Made by a program: the position numbers and the translations under genes. Under the pieces are notes generated by a model. It was not told the DNA's origin, ran no database searches, and was given only the letters and a program-made list of their open reading frames with translations. DNA of 64,000 nucleotides from Savitreella phatthalungensis (lineage: Eukaryota), in contig AP039703.1 of NCBI GenBank assembly GCA_051599415.1, positions 62,001 through 126,000 on the forward strand, read 5' to 3'. Below are positions 10,650-23,480 of this stretch, piece after piece. How positions within the stretch are numbered: the stretch's first letter is position 1; every line of letters begins with the position of its first letter.

Positions 10650-11272
10650 AATCACGTGTCAGTACAATACCAATCACACTTGCGGAGGCTACTCTGAGTC
10701 TCGAATCACTGTCTGAAACAAGGTCAGGGGCATAAGAAAAGGTTCTTGAAATAAGATAGATAGCAGTCGCTGAAGATAGATTATCAAAGCTGGTCGTTGA
10801 TGTGAAAGACAGAATAAAGTGGGTGAGATATTCGAGCGGTCCGACCGCCGTGTCGAGTTAGACTTGAGTCTTCCTGAGTTAGTATTTCCAGAACTTTGGG
10901 TTGCCTAGTGGTTCGTGATGTATCAAAAAGCTTACCCCTTGTCTATGCCAAGGGTCTAGCCGCTGTAAGGCGTGTCAGTATTCACACCACTCATTTATGT
11001 GGCTCACGCAGATATCAAAGACATCCGAGTTGCCCAAGTCGCCTCTTTACCATTTGTTTGTCGGAACATGGACAAGATCCATGACAATCCCTGCTTGGTA
11101 AGCGGTCAGTCCACACACAGCGGTCGACATCGACATCGAGATTCGAAGCCGTCCGCGGTCTCCACCACCTTGCTCCATTTAGCAGCTCCGAAGAGCAACC
11201 TCACCATCAAGGCGACCAGCAAAAGCAATCCCGCGTCACAACCGTGACGCAGGAAGGCTCCCACAGATCCGC

Positions 11273-12064
11273 TCATAGATAGGTGTAGTTGCTCTGCTTG
11301 TGTGCAGCAGCAGCTGGAGAGATGAGCGCTTCACGCTGCGACTGGACGTGCTCGTTCCAGGCGAGGATGGCGGAGGATTGCGGAAGGGTGGCGTCGTAGC
11401 CCGAGTCGGGTCCACGGAGGCGGTGACGCCTGCTATCGTGGTGTGAGCTGCCGCCGTCGTCGGAAGAGATGTGGTCCTCCTCAGACTCCGATCCCCAGCC
11501 GCCGAGCTGGAGGGACTTGCGCAACGTCGCCATCGACTGATGGCTGTATGGCGCCGCGGCATCGTCTGCCCCATGCACATCTGCCGAGTTGGCAGATCCG
11601 TATGAGAGACGAGAGCCAGCACCTCCAGGCTGCAGCATGTTCAGGGCGTCGAGACGCTGCTGTCGGCGAGCCATTTTGTTGGCCAGGTACGCTCGCCGGG
11701 AGACCTCGTGCTCTGATCGCATGCCCTTGAGCGTTGGCAGCTCGCCAGAAGAGGACGAGCCAGAGGAACCCATGGACCTGTGACGCCGCCACCGGGCAGA
11801 ATCGAAGGTCTTGGCCTCAGCCTCTGCTGAAGATGAGGCGAAAGCGCCCATGACCGCTCGTGGCGACCAGTTGTGTCCGCCAATCTGTGGCGTGTTGTCA
11901 ACAGAGATAGAATAGATGGAAGACGTCGGAGTCGCTGGCGAGCCAAGAGACATATGAGCGTCTCCTGCAGACATTGTCAGCGTCAGCGGTCGTCGCCGCT
12001 GTGTGGACTTTTGTGGAATGGCCGGCGGCACCTCGCCGCGCATGGCCAGGATCTTGAGCGACAT
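11273..12064 (-). CDS. Hypothetical Ser-rich, largely disordered protein (263 aa)
   Basis: ATG-initiated ORF with host-like codon usage. No family recognised. Confidence 0.6.
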   Translation of the reverse strand: MSLKILAMRGEVPPAIPQKSTQRRRPLTLTMSAGDAHMSLGSPATPTSSIYSISVDNTPQIGGHNWSPRAVMGAFASSSAEAEAKTFDSARWRRHRSMGSSGSSSSGELPTLKGMRSEHEVSRRAYLANKMARRQQRLDALNMLQPGGAGSRLSYGSANSADVHGADDAAAPYSHQSMATLRKSLQLGGWGSESEEDHISSDDGGSSHHDSRRHRLRGPDSGYDATLPQSSAILAWNEHVQSQREALISPAAAAHKQSNYTYL

Positions 12065-12541
12065 TGCTGGTCGCTAGAATTGTTTGATTCTCTATAGATG
12101 CTTACTCCGACGAGTGTCTGTGAGCTGTCGCGCCGATAAAGATGTCTTTGTACGTACTTGACGATAGAAGACGATGTGTGTTGTCGAGCAGCCGTGCAGG
12201 AGACCGATGTCCTTTTGATACTCTTGCTCTACCGGACTGATCTACACGCTCCTCAATGGCTCGGCGGGAAAACCTGTCGTTGATATGGCGCGTGGTCGGG
12301 GTAGACTGTGGCAGTGACGATCGAACAATAGTGATGGTCGCGGATGGCGAGAGACAAGCACTAATGTGTTTTGCTGGCAGTCGCGCTCGAAAGATTGGTG
12401 ACCGTATTTGTGAGACACTGCGGATCGTCGAGGCAACCGTCCTGAATAAGAATGAGCTTCGTCCTTTGGTGGGGTCGTGATGAGCAGTGAGGAGAAGAGG
12501 AACGGAATGTCTGGGACCGTGTTCCACGCGCGAATGCCTGC

Positions 12542-12597
12542 CTGGCACGGGACGTATGGTCAATGAACAAATCAATGGAACAGGTCGTCGGACTCAC
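12542..12597 (-). other. Putative 56-nt 5'UTR intron of the 11273-12064 gene
   Basis: Minus strand reads GTGAGT...CATTGAC (branch-like)...CAG. Size is similar to the 50-nt intron at 16375-16424. Confidence 0.4.
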
Positions 12598-15500
12598 GCC
12601 TAACCACGCGTAGTTCTCTTCCAGAGTAATGGCAAGAAGGCCCGTCAATTGGCTGATGAGCGAGGCGGGGCAGCGATGCCGAGCGAGGCAGTCAGCGAGC
12701 GAGCAGTAGAGTCGTTCGGAGGTGAGGGGTCCTGAGACAAATGTCTGCCGTTGAGGAAAGTCAGAGATCTTGGAGCTCGAGCGCCAGATCCTGCCAGTAC
12801 TCGGCTATGACTGAAGCGCTCTCGAGATGCGCGATCTGCTTGACCGTTGCTCGAGCACGCGAAGATCACTGCAGGCAGAACCTCAGAATCAATCGAAGCT
12901 CGCAAGAGGAGGATGAGCTCGAGCAGAGAAAGAGAAAAGACCTCGAGCTGAAGAGGCGATCAAGTCTCAGTGCCACTGTACGCGTCTTTGAGTGTGTGAC
13001 TGGCTGTAGCTATATTCACCTGAAGAGGGGAATTCTCCGCACTGAATATTTTTTACCTTTTGACTTTATGCAGATATTAAAGCCACAGCCGTTGAGGAGT
13101 GCGCGCGGGGTCTTTAAACAGCAAAGAAGAGATAAGCTGTTACAAGCAAGGGGCTGGACAGCACACGTATGGGAAGCTTGTCCGATCTTCACCAGGCGAT
13201 CGTTAAGGTCTTTTGAGGATGGAATCGATGGAGGTGGCCTTGGTGATATACCCTTTTGTACTGATTATTCCTTTCTAATCGCTACTACTTCCAGGCCAGG
13301 TGCCAAAGCACGCTTTATTAGCATGATTCCGTCGGGTATGAAGCAGGTCTTGTCATGAAGATACGGAGCAGCAACAGAGAGGCACCAATGCTAGTGGCAA
13401 GATAGAGGGCGCAGGGCGACAAGCATCTTACTCAGCCAGACTGTGTATCTTCTCATGCCTAACTGAAGGACTGACTGCGGATCGATTATTCCGTTGGAAG
13501 CTCGATAGTGCAGCAGTAGCTGCAGCTCGAGCACGATCACCACCATGAACAACGTCGCCGCCTCTTTTGGGGTCTGTGCTCAAGGGAATAGAAGAAGCCT
13601 AACTGTCAAAGCACAAAGGGCTGATCAATGCTGTGCTTTCATTGTGAAGAAGGAAAAGAGGATCATGAGACGAGATACCGAAGGGATATTGATAGATTTG
13701 TGGGCTTTGGAGGGGTCGATGACGCCACTTGTTGGTACCGTTGACCGTCACTACTTATGAAAAGCCCAGTGGTCCATGTCTCTCCTTCAGCGCGGGGTCA
13801 TTGCTTTCACCTATTCCAGATATAAGACCGACGATTGTGATCTGTCTCACTTTTGACAGGCAGTATCTACGAGAGGCGATTTTGAAATCTGGTGCCCTTT
13901 CAGGTCACAACGAAAGCGAATGCAGGAAATCAAGTCATCGTAATCCCAGCTTCGTCAAACAAGTAACTGGGTATCTATGCGGGCTTAATCAAGATCGAGT
14001 TCCAGATTCCGTGGGACGCGACTTGCATGGACGATGCAACAGTCTGTCATAGAAATAACGAAGGACTCTGCCGCTATCGAACCATCTGTCGTGCGCGAGT
14101 GCAACGCAGGACCGAAGAACATATCGACCATATCGGCCATATGTAAAATCGAGGCAGATTAAGAAAGTCAAGTGCAAAGTATCCATTCCCCCCCATGTAT
14201 TTGTCGTACCGGGCTTATGGGCCAGACATCTGAATGACGATAGTGATCGACATGTGCGCAGTACACCGAGGCGCATGACTCGCCTGTGCTATACTTTTTA
14301 TTTATTTCTATTCTTGTAATCAATGAAATGCATGAATCAAAAGCCTTCACCGGAGCGACTTCATCGTCAGCAAGCCTCACCAATTTTCCATGGCTGTCAG
14401 CCAGAAAAGAAGCGATGCCGATGATCAGCGCAATTGAGCATAGATCACAAAGCTCCTTTCTCGTGCGAGCACGTATGCGTCGTGCGCAATGACAAGCAAT
14501 CATCAGTGCAAGCACCTCTTTCGAGTCCTGTTGTCGTCCGGGACTGGTGCATATTCAACACATTTCCTGATTTCTTCGTCAAGCAGCCTCATGACCATTC
14601 TTAGCTTCATCTCCGCTCCTCCTTCGCGAACTATTCGCTTGGCTCGGCAGCGGCCCAATGTCGTGCTGAGCGACCCACCAGTTTGTACCCGCAAAAGTCA
14701 TATGGGACAATCCGCATCTCGATTCTGATTGGTCAGGAAGAGTTTGAACTGCGTGCTTTGCCGATGCCGCGGATATTTTTAAGACGCGTCTCCTCTCCTG
14801 CATCAAACCTTCGCACTCTATCACCCATCGATCCGCGTTATGTTAGAACCTATGCTCGAAGCTAAACGACTCGAGTATAGCTCCTATTGGCCATATCATC
14901 CGAGCAACTTCGTCTCTTTCCCCCTCTCTCTTGCCCTGCATAGATTCTAGCGAAGTCTTCTAGCATTTTGGGTGTCCTGCCCGAGTCGAGCTATTGTCAC
15001 CAGTCTGCACTGATCATTAGGTTGACCAATCTCATAGAAAATATGCCACCCATCCGAGGCGATACATTTGCAAGCTGAGTCAACCGAGCTCGCTGCAGTG
15101 GAGTCGCACTGAGAACTGCCCTGTTCTCACGATTGATGCAGCTCCAGAGATCATGTGCGACCACGCGCAATGACTGTAAGGGTGAAGCGCATGATGCACT
15201 CTACCACTTTGATTGTGCATTGGATCTGGATGGATGACCATCTCTCTATTTGACTGACGCTCGAGTGCTTGACTCTGATAGTCTCATAAGAAGTCGCACG
15301 TGCCCGCTCACTTTCGATCTTGTCACAATGTAGTCTCCAATCGAGTGGCTGAAAAACATCTATTTACTTTTGTGGCGTCCTCGTAGATTGCGGCTGGCTG
15401 GAGTCTCAGGGCTCAGGCTTGAGCTTGCTTTACCTCTAACTCTGGCAGGTTCAGCCGTGATCCTTTGCAGGTGCGTCTATGGTGTCATGTCCCCTATGCC

Positions 15501-15738
15501 TAGTTTCTGCCCGAATGTCTGAGATGCAGCAGAGTGGGCTGCTTGTTACACCTGCCTCATTTGTCCAAGCCCGACGATTCGTTAGACAGGCAACGATACA
15601 CGCGCGCGCTCGCGCCAGATCGGCCCATGGTACGCTCGACACTCGAAGCTCACCAACATCAAGACTGCCGTTGACACTGTCAAAGAACCCTGAGCTATAG
15701 TTCAAGCAGTTCGAGTGACGCACCGTGGAAAGCAACTG

Positions 15739-15846
15739 GTAAGTAGTGTTCAGCTCCATCAATGAAGTGCACCCCGCATCGAAGTCACTGCATATGACAT
15801 CTCAATCACGAGCCTTTGAAGTGCAGGCAGAAGCGCTGACATCCAG
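15739..15846 (+). other. Putative 5'UTR intron of the 15882 gene
   Basis: GTAAGT donor, GCTGAC branch point and CAG acceptor. An in-frame TAA lies between the acceptor and ATG 15882, so the upstream exon is non-coding. Confidence 0.5.
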
Positions 15847-15881
15847 CGTTACAACATCTTTGCACGTAATCAATATCGCAA

Positions 15882-17683
15882 ATGAGCTCGACGCTGACGA
15901 ACGTCTTGCGTCCAGGGCTTCGCCGTGGTCTCATCGAGATTGAGCCGGTTCGGTCAGGACCTCCCTCGGCGTCATCGGTCGACCCGTCAGCATCATCGAC
16001 TGTCAATGCCGCGCTTGTCGGGCTCATCCTTGCACTTACGGCGATATCATTGCTCTTGGTCGGCACGCTCTACTGGTGTGGGCACAATGTCATGTACCCT
16101 GGTCGCATTGGTCGTCGAGTGCGTCGTGCGTCCATTTACAGTATGACTCAAGGTCGTTCCAGCATCGTACAGCCAGATGTCAGCTCATTCTTCGCGCCGC
16201 TCCCGCCCGCTTCCCTCCGCCGGTTCGGAGACAGTCGACAGGACGCGCATGTCGACGACCGTGGTGACTCTCTGGAGTCCGCACAGCGCAATGGCGACTT
16301 CGTCAAGCGGGCAATTATTGCACGTCACAACATCAATAATCACGGCGTCACCCTCCTCGGACTCACGAGAGAAAGTAAGATAACACGCTGATCTGGTCCA
16401 GCGAACTTTACTGACGAACTACAGCGTCATCATGGCTTGGTACGAACCCTTCACAACGCGGGTCAATTCCACCTTCTTATGTCTCACATGCTGGTCCGTG
16501 CGATCCAAGGTTCGCTGAACTCGAACCCAGCAGTGACATTGCTGGCAACGACCCTGTGCCAATCTATGAGCCGCAACTCCAGCCGGCCTATCCTCCAAGC
16601 ACGCACACTCAGGGCCGCAGGGTTCGCAGCAATCACAGACCACACCGCTCTGAGCCGATCACGCCGTCGAAACAGGCTTCTCGTCCTTCGCGTCTGGATT
16701 CACTAACGGAAGAAGTGAGACCAAAGGACTCAGCTAGTCAGTTTGGTTCAGGCTCAAGCTCTACACTTCCTGTAACTCAGGCGATCCACGCGCGTACTCA
16801 CTCTGCACCGTCTGTACCGCTCCCGTACAGGAGAGATACGATTGTAGGCTCGCCCCAGGAATCGTCGACGCCCGTGCGAGATCCTACTTTGGCATCACCC
16901 GGCGGACACCTGATGGCGAGCTCATCTATTCAGGCGAATGACTCGATTAGGCTCGAACGCGCTTGTGAAGAGCTCTCCCCGACTCCGGCCACCGCCATGC
17001 GCAAGACAGGTCGAGGTACAAAAGTACCGCAAAGTACTTGGCAATCCGCACCGTCAGTCTCAACCAAGACCGATTCTAGTGTGACATTGGTGTCGATGGG
17101 CCAAGGACACAACCCTCATTTTCCTCTTCGCATCCAGGATCCGAGTGTTCCAGACCACGTATCACTCTCTCAGGACGTCCTTTCTAGTCGCATTCGCGCC
17201 TCTGACAACTCAATCACGAATGCAAGACAGCAACTGCGTGCGAGAACGACGGATTTGGCTGTGTCTGAGGAGGACAACATTCGCTTGAATGATGATGTTG
17301 ACTCCTCTGTTGTCTTCGAACGGCCTTCGACACCTCGATCTCCGGACGCATTCTTGCGCTCTCCACTAGATGCTATGCCTGAACACAGCCACCAAGCCCA
17401 GACGAGCTTATCGGCGACAGCACTCGCTGCATCGATGAATGAGGACCGTATGGACAACGTGGTGATAGCGCCGATTGTTGATGCGGACACGTCAACCTCC
17501 AGCCAAAGTCTTTCAACGATGCAAAGCGATGGCGGTGTACCTGCAGCCTCTTCCCTCTCACTTGCTCTCACCACAAGTACGATCGATGCAGCAACAGGCA
17601 ACAGCAGCAGAAACCACATCGAAGTCACACACCAACACGATCTGTCCAGCACACGCCACTCACACGGACGTGAATCCAGATAG
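15882..17683 (+). CDS. Single-pass membrane protein with long Ser/Thr-rich tail; join(15882..16374,16425..17683)
   Basis: A 50-nt intron (GTAAGA...ACTGAC...CAG, 16375-16424) joins the 169-aa and 375-aa ORFs in frame. TM helix AALVGLILALTAISLLLVGTLYW is followed by basic residues. The spliced product contains PPSY. Confidence 0.75.
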
Positions 17684-17850
17684 GGCAATTCAGACACGAT
17701 TGTTTCAATTCGTATCAAGCATGAGCATTGGTCGCTAGCCAGTTGGCTAAGTGAATACGTGAGCGCCCATGGTATCGTCGGTGATAAGTCATTCGTGGGT
17801 TCGTTGAATCATTCGTTTGTGTTGTTGGAAAGCTAGTCGAGAAGGGTAAC

Positions 17851-18480
17851 TCACTCGATCGCGATGCGACGGTGAGTGTCGGGCTTAGCGGACGGCTGAA
17901 GCTTGGGCAGCATGATCTTGAGTATACCGTCGTTCATGCTAGCCTTGATGGCAGAGGTCGAGCTGTCGCCACTGCCAGCATTCAAATCGACCTTGCCAGG
18001 CAGAGTGACCTCCCGGGTGAAGCTGCGCGTCACACGTTCGCGTCTCCACACTTTCTGATTGCCGTTCCCATCTTGGGCGTGGTGCTGGAGCTGACCATTG
18101 TCATTGGAGGTGGTGGTCATGGCAGTCGACTTTGTGTCCTTATTGGCCGACGAATTCGGCTGAGATGGAGGCTCATCGGAACGCTGCTCCTCCAGTGCGC
18201 CGGAGATTCTGACGACTCGATCGTTCACGAACGACACGTCGAGTGCTTCCTTTGGGAATCCAGGAACTTCAGCCTCGACGACGTACTGATTGCCGGACTC
18301 GATCACATTAACGCGTGGGCCGGCTGAAGCGAGACCTTTGCCGTTAAGGAAATCAGTAGCAAGGAAGCCGCTACCTTGACCGTCGAAGTGCCTGTCGAGA
18401 TCATGGAAGAACGAGTGAAACTCTGGGGAGAAGAGCGACGGACGCATGAAGGGCTCACTGAAAAAGCGTGAGAGTGCCAT
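17851..18480 (-). CDS. Small heat-shock protein (Hsp20/alpha-crystallin family)
   Basis: PRVNVIES..YVVEAEVPG, RRERVTRSFTREVTLP, IKASMNDGILKIMLPK and a C-terminal IxI motif (RIAIE). Confidence 0.96.
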   Translation of the reverse strand: MALSRFFSEPFMRPSLFSPEFHSFFHDLDRHFDGQGSGFLATDFLNGKGLASAGPRVNVIESGNQYVVEAEVPGFPKEALDVSFVNDRVVRISGALEEQRSDEPPSQPNSSANKDTKSTAMTTTSNDNGQLQHHAQDGNGNQKVWRRERVTRSFTREVTLPGKVDLNAGSGDSSTSAIKASMNDGILKIMLPKLQPSAKPDTHRRIAIE

Positions 18481-18574
18481 AGAGGATGTGTTTGATCGGT
18501 TTAGTCAGTGAGTTCAGTTGTTTCTGAAGCTGTATGATTGTGGACGGCGTGCGTGGGCTGGGATGGGCTCCATT

Positions 18575-18625
18575 CTTATAGACAAGACAGGCCTGTTGGG
18601 TAGAAAGCACCAGAGACTTCTGGAA
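18575..18625 (-). promoter_or_regulatory. TATA box (TATAAG, 18575-18580) and proximal heat-shock element of Hsp20
   Basis: GAA (18603), GAG (18613), TTC (18618) and GAA (18623) lie in 5-bp register just upstream of the TATA box. Confidence 0.6.
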
Positions 18626-18790
18626 TAAGCGAGCGCGTGACCTCCTCCCGACTGGCTCACTGATCTCATGTTGGGAATTGTTTGCGACTATAGTAGTTGA
18701 TTAGTGCCACTCAAGTTATGGCTGATCATACTCACATCGACACTTCACGCTCACTCACTCACTCACTCTGATTTTGGCGAGAGTTTGGAA

Positions 18791-18819
18791 TTTTAGAAAT
18801 TTCGTGCATCTTCCAGAAA
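18791..18819. promoter_or_regulatory. Distal heat-shock element (HSF binding array)
   Basis: Six nGAAn/nTTCn units in exact 5-bp phase: TTT-GAA-TTC-GCA-TTC-GAA at 18791, 18796, 18801, 18806, 18811, 18816 (four perfect), upstream of an Hsp20 gene. Confidence 0.75.
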
Positions 18820-20630
18820 TGCTAAACCATACACGTCTCCATCTGACCACAATCGCTACGATCGTGCATCGAGAATCGAGCTCCGAGAAGAATAGCACGT
18901 GTATCATATTTAGCACGTGTTAGTTTACTGGACTGGCGGCTCCCGGGGATCAACAAATGCTATGCCGACATTCTCATCAGGTAGGCGGATTGAGGCCCAA
19001 TGAATCCGATGGTAAACTGTCGTCATCGATTTCATATCCATTGTCTGCTTCATCATTCTTACATACATTGTTCAACCACGTTGGTCTTCAGCGGAATGTG
19101 ACGCAGAGGGATTCTAACCTGACTGCGTAGCGGACATGGTTGATGCCACTACTGTAGCAGTCTGTTACAGTGCAAATTGCCATAGACACGATCGTGAACC
19201 AGCATGACACACTCTCGTGCACTCGCAACGGTTTGCACCTTTGCTCGGTTGCTTGAGTCTGTCTCGCCAACCTTGTTCAGAGATTAGAGTTTATCTGGAT
19301 GACCTCTATGCATCTGTTAAGGAGCCTTTTTGGAAAAGGCGGCAGACGGCCTCGGTCCAAAATAGAAATCTAATCGATGATCAGAGTACAAGGACGAAAT
19401 GAGGGGATTGTGGATCAGGATCGACATGAGAGACACAGTACAATGCAAAGTGATCAGTATGATAGATAGCAGCGGCACGCACATCTCTAGTGAGCTCTGC
19501 TCCCATCATTCTAATGACCGCCGAAATTGTCGTCACGTCCGTGCATTATCATCGGTGACGTCGTTCTCCGGAAGCACGCGATACAGGATCTGTTTATCGC
19601 CTATCGCACCCGCGGCCAGATCCATACTCAGACTCCCAGGAGCCCAAAGTTATGCTGTAAAGACCACACGGGAGGGTTGATATATTATGGAATAGAGAAT
19701 GAAAATTAAGCTTCTTTACTAGTCCGATTCGTCCGTGTCCCTGGGTGCGTAGAGTTTCAATCACCGCAGACCGTGCTCGTCCGTATTTTCGCACTCACTT
19801 ATCGGCAGAAGTCTCCCGTGAAAGTCTCGATTTGGGACATCCGTCGCTCTGGCAGTCCGTGTTCGGTGGATTCCGCAGGACGGGGTGGCTGGTTTGTTGG
19901 TCTAAGAACATAACGCAATCACAAGCTCATTTCTATTTCGATTGCTGAATCTGTCACTGCCTGTAATATGAGCGATAGGAGAATCAGGTTGAAGTCAAAT
20001 TTCAAAGCATACAAGCAATCAATGACTTTCAGAGCTGTGCTTTTTTAAGTCCTTGGTGGCTCAATACACCGACAATAGCTAGGTGGGCGTCGTCGTATTT
20101 CCACTTTCACTTGTGTCTCAAAATAACAAATTTCATCGGCCGATTGCTAGCTGACCAACGAATGTAAGCATCAACAATCAACAATTAGGGAACTCATGCC
20201 CGTGCACCCACCCTGAGACTCTGACAGTAGACGACCTCAGGGTAAGCAAGTGACAACACCCGAGCTTTGGGCAGAATAGTAAAAATATCAAGCTTAAACG
20301 ACCAAGTCAATGACAAGACATGTGCACAAATCGAAGATAATCAGTGTATATCGTCAGAAGAGTTTCCATTAGGTATGTAATTGGATGGTCTCGAGACGAA
20401 GACTATGGTCTATCAGGTCGAATGAAATTCAGGACAGCCTTAGCCAGAGAGTCGTGAATGACAACACGGCATAGGTGAGTATGAAATTGTAGGAAGGGTT
20501 GAGAATGCTCATAGAGATTGGTCGACCCTACGATGGGAGGAAAATGAACGATGATGAGATGTATCGATCAGTTGGAGTGTCATCATCGCATGCGGAGGCG
20601 GGAGAGGGAGTGTCAGTCGTCCTGACTCGC

Positions 20631-20939
20631 TTATGCGGCGACCATGAGGCCGGCAACGACGAGGCCAGAAGCAACGAGCATCTGGGGCAGGACGGCGACG
20701 TTGGCACCAGAGCGGGAGCTGGAGGGCAGAGCGCTCGAGCCAGCAGCGGCGGTGTTGGTGGCAGCTGCACCGGCACCGGCACCGGCAGCACCGGAGGAGG
20801 CAGCGGCAGTGCCGTTGGTCGACGAGTTCGAAGCCTGGCGACGCATGACCTGGTTCTGCGCGTACTTGGCGAAGTCAGGGGTAGCGGCCACAAGGGCGAC
20901 GTAGAAGAGAGCGATGAAGGCGGCGACGCGAGCGAACAT
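20631..20939 (-). CDS. Small secreted, probably GPI-anchored Ala/Ser/Gly-rich protein (102 aa)
   Basis: Signal peptide MFARVAAFIALFYVALVAA, dibasic RR-Q site, N-glycosylation sequons, omega-like SG and a hydrophobic C-terminus. TATA at 21014-21021. Confidence 0.85.
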   Translation of the reverse strand: MFARVAAFIALFYVALVAATPDFAKYAQNQVMRRQASNSSTNGTAAASSGAAGAGAGAAATNTAAAGSSALPSSSRSGANVAVLPQMLVASGLVVAGLMVAA

Positions 20940-21399
20940 GTTTGCTTGAACGAGTGTGTGAGGTGGGTTTGGGTTTGTGTGTTTGTGAAGAAAGAATAGC
21001 GGCGGGCATGTGTCTTATATACGGATGATGAACGTTCGTGCGTGCTCGTCAATATGGAAATTCCTCGTGTGCTGGTACTGCTCACCCTTGCGTTGTTGTC
21101 GCTCACCCGTCTGTTTGGTCGCACGCACCAACCCGTACGATTTCCACCGCCTAACTCTCTTTGCACTGGAAAGAGAATAGCAATAGAACCAAATTAGGAT
21201 CTAAACAACCATGATATCTGGAAGCGCCTATGGGAATGTAGGAGTCTGCTACCGCGTGGAATGAGAAACTGTGAAAGGTCAATTCATAATATTCGCCTCC
21301 TGTACCCCTGTGTTTCACCTCGCGCAGTATGAAGCAGGAGATTCTTCGAAGAGTGGCGGGTGGCTGATGGCGGATTCCAATCTATATCCATTCACTACA

Positions 21400-23480
21400 C
21401 ATTCTTCGTGACTAGTGATAATCTGTCGCCCGTGCCAACAACGACTTCGACGATCAGGGCAATCTCGCCAAGCACACCAATGACAACACAATTCGCAGCT
21501 AGTAGCCCTGAAACATACTCGTTTCCATATATAAACACGAGTTTCACCTGGGTAACTATGACGTTGATCTCGGCTCCCAGGGAAGTCGTCGTCGTCTTAA
21601 GAAATTGTCTATCTATCTATGGACAGCATTTCGCAAGCCAGCTTTACGGGTGGGAGAATTTTATGTCCGAGCCGCTTGCTTGATTACTCCAGTCATTGCT
21701 TTCAACCTCTAGTTCCTGGCTTTGAGAAAGACCCAGATCGATAATGCCAGGGATTCATTGACGGTGGCGGTCTTTCACTGCGGCATTAGCCACCCTGCGA
21801 CCCTAATCTTGCCAACTCGATTAGTTCTGCAGCTTTCCCACACTCACTAGATAGCGCGCTCCTGTGGAGCCCCGGAGAACTCCAAAGAAGTCCATCAATC
21901 GGGTCGTCTTCTAAGCTGTATCCTCTCACGACCAGGTCAAATCATAATAGAATTAGCCTTTCCTTTATCCTTCGATCTCGCAGCCCTCACCTGCTCCAGC
22001 TCGTTGATGTCAGATTCCAGATCAGCTCTTGCGTTCTGATGTTACTTTGGCACCGTTGACGATACATACCTCTTGACGAGCCACGACATAGTCCACCATG
22101 GCCTTTCCAAGGCTCCGTCCTGCCCAGACGTGCCCAGATCTCCAACCAGTTCGGCCCTAAATTGCTACTATTCTTGATCCTGGTCACCCCACGTCAGATA
22201 CGAGACAGTGCAAGAATCCTCAGTCACTTCAGAACATTTCATCGCTCAAAATCAATAATGCACATTCGACATCTGAGGTTCCTCGAACAGTGGATCTCTG
22301 AGATTCACCTGTCTAAACTTCCATTTATTTTGCGGTCGACATGCGTGCCTTGGCAGTGGATCTGGTCACAGCGAATACAGTATAAAGTAGGTGAGGCGCG
22401 GAGTGCTCCGATACGGCCGTATTCTGGCACCACTATTACCTATCGGTCTACAGCCCAGGCGAAAGTGCACGCGATCTTAGCCGTGGCCACCGCCAAGACG
22501 AGAAATTAGCTCTGCAGTGGGTTCTAGAGTGTTGGCGGAGCGCCATTGCCCTGGATTAATGTGGATGCTGATCAGTGTCGTGTGCCACTTCCTTTGTGAC
22601 AATCGGACCTCGATCTACGACCCGGCTAGCCTTCATGGTTCATGTTCCACGCATCCTTTTCGCAAATACAAGTAGCGAACGAGGCATTGCAAGTAAGTGG
22701 AACTTTTGCATTGGTAGTAGCCTCACGCCTTCCACCCTATTCACCTTGGTAGAATTTGTCTTCCGTAACGTTATGGACATGTATGGGTCACCTCCTTGAT
22801 TCGAAGGCTCTGCCCTTGCTTTGATCTGAGTCCGGAACCCGTCGCATTCCTGACGAGCGGCCGTTGCGGATCATCTAGTCATCTCCAGGTCATCTTTTCC
22901 GATCACTTCCCCTCATTCTCCTTGCAGTGCTTTTGCGAATACACACGTCCGCCTGATGAGGAGCTCGCACATTGTTAAACTGTCCATGGGTGGCAGTAGA
23001 TCCTGCCACTACCGACAGTATGCCAACGACGGACATTGCCATGCACTCCCTGCGAACGGTTTGATCTCCCACCCGTAAGCATGATTATTTGCAAAACATT
23101 CCCTCTCTCTGCTGCCACAACTTTTACTCCACGTTTGCTAATCTCTCCAAATATGCCGGGCTGAGTGTTGGTATGTTGGAGGATGAAGGCGATTTTCATT
23201 CTCCACATTCCTCACAATCTCTCCGATGTCCGTTCATAGATGGCCGTTCGCTATACCCCCGGTACACCACATCCTATCCTATCCGGGTGGATAAGCTGTT
23301 GGCTCCCTTTGTAAGCCCAGGTTATCTACATAGCTCGCATAAGTACATCACTGTATTTGCTGCAAATCAAAACAACCGGGTCTACGATGACGAGAGATGT
23401 TGTTCATCGCGCAGATCTTCCTCCTCGCTGAGCTTTTCATAAACTTCGTTCTTTCCTTCCTCACGAAACGTCATCACGCG
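21400..23480. pseudogene. Possible decayed coding fragments next to the GH7 gene
   Basis: Short protein-like stretches broken by stops: (+) SVARANNDFDDQGNLAKHTNDNTIRS*; (-) ...STVPK*HQNARADLESDINELEQVRAARSKDKGKANS; (-) MTFREEGKNEVYEKLSEEEDLRDEQHLSSS*. No family recognised. Confidence 0.25.

Noticed and set aside
12650..15450. Long intergenic region inspected for mating-type, pheromone or tRNA genes
   Set aside because: No HMG box, homeodomain, CAAX-terminated peptide or cloverleaf recognised; probably extended divergent promoters and UTRs.
19800..19935. RNase P/MRP RNA candidate (GAAAGTC motif)
   Set aside because: No matching CR-V partner to form the P4 helix and no terminal P1 stem found.
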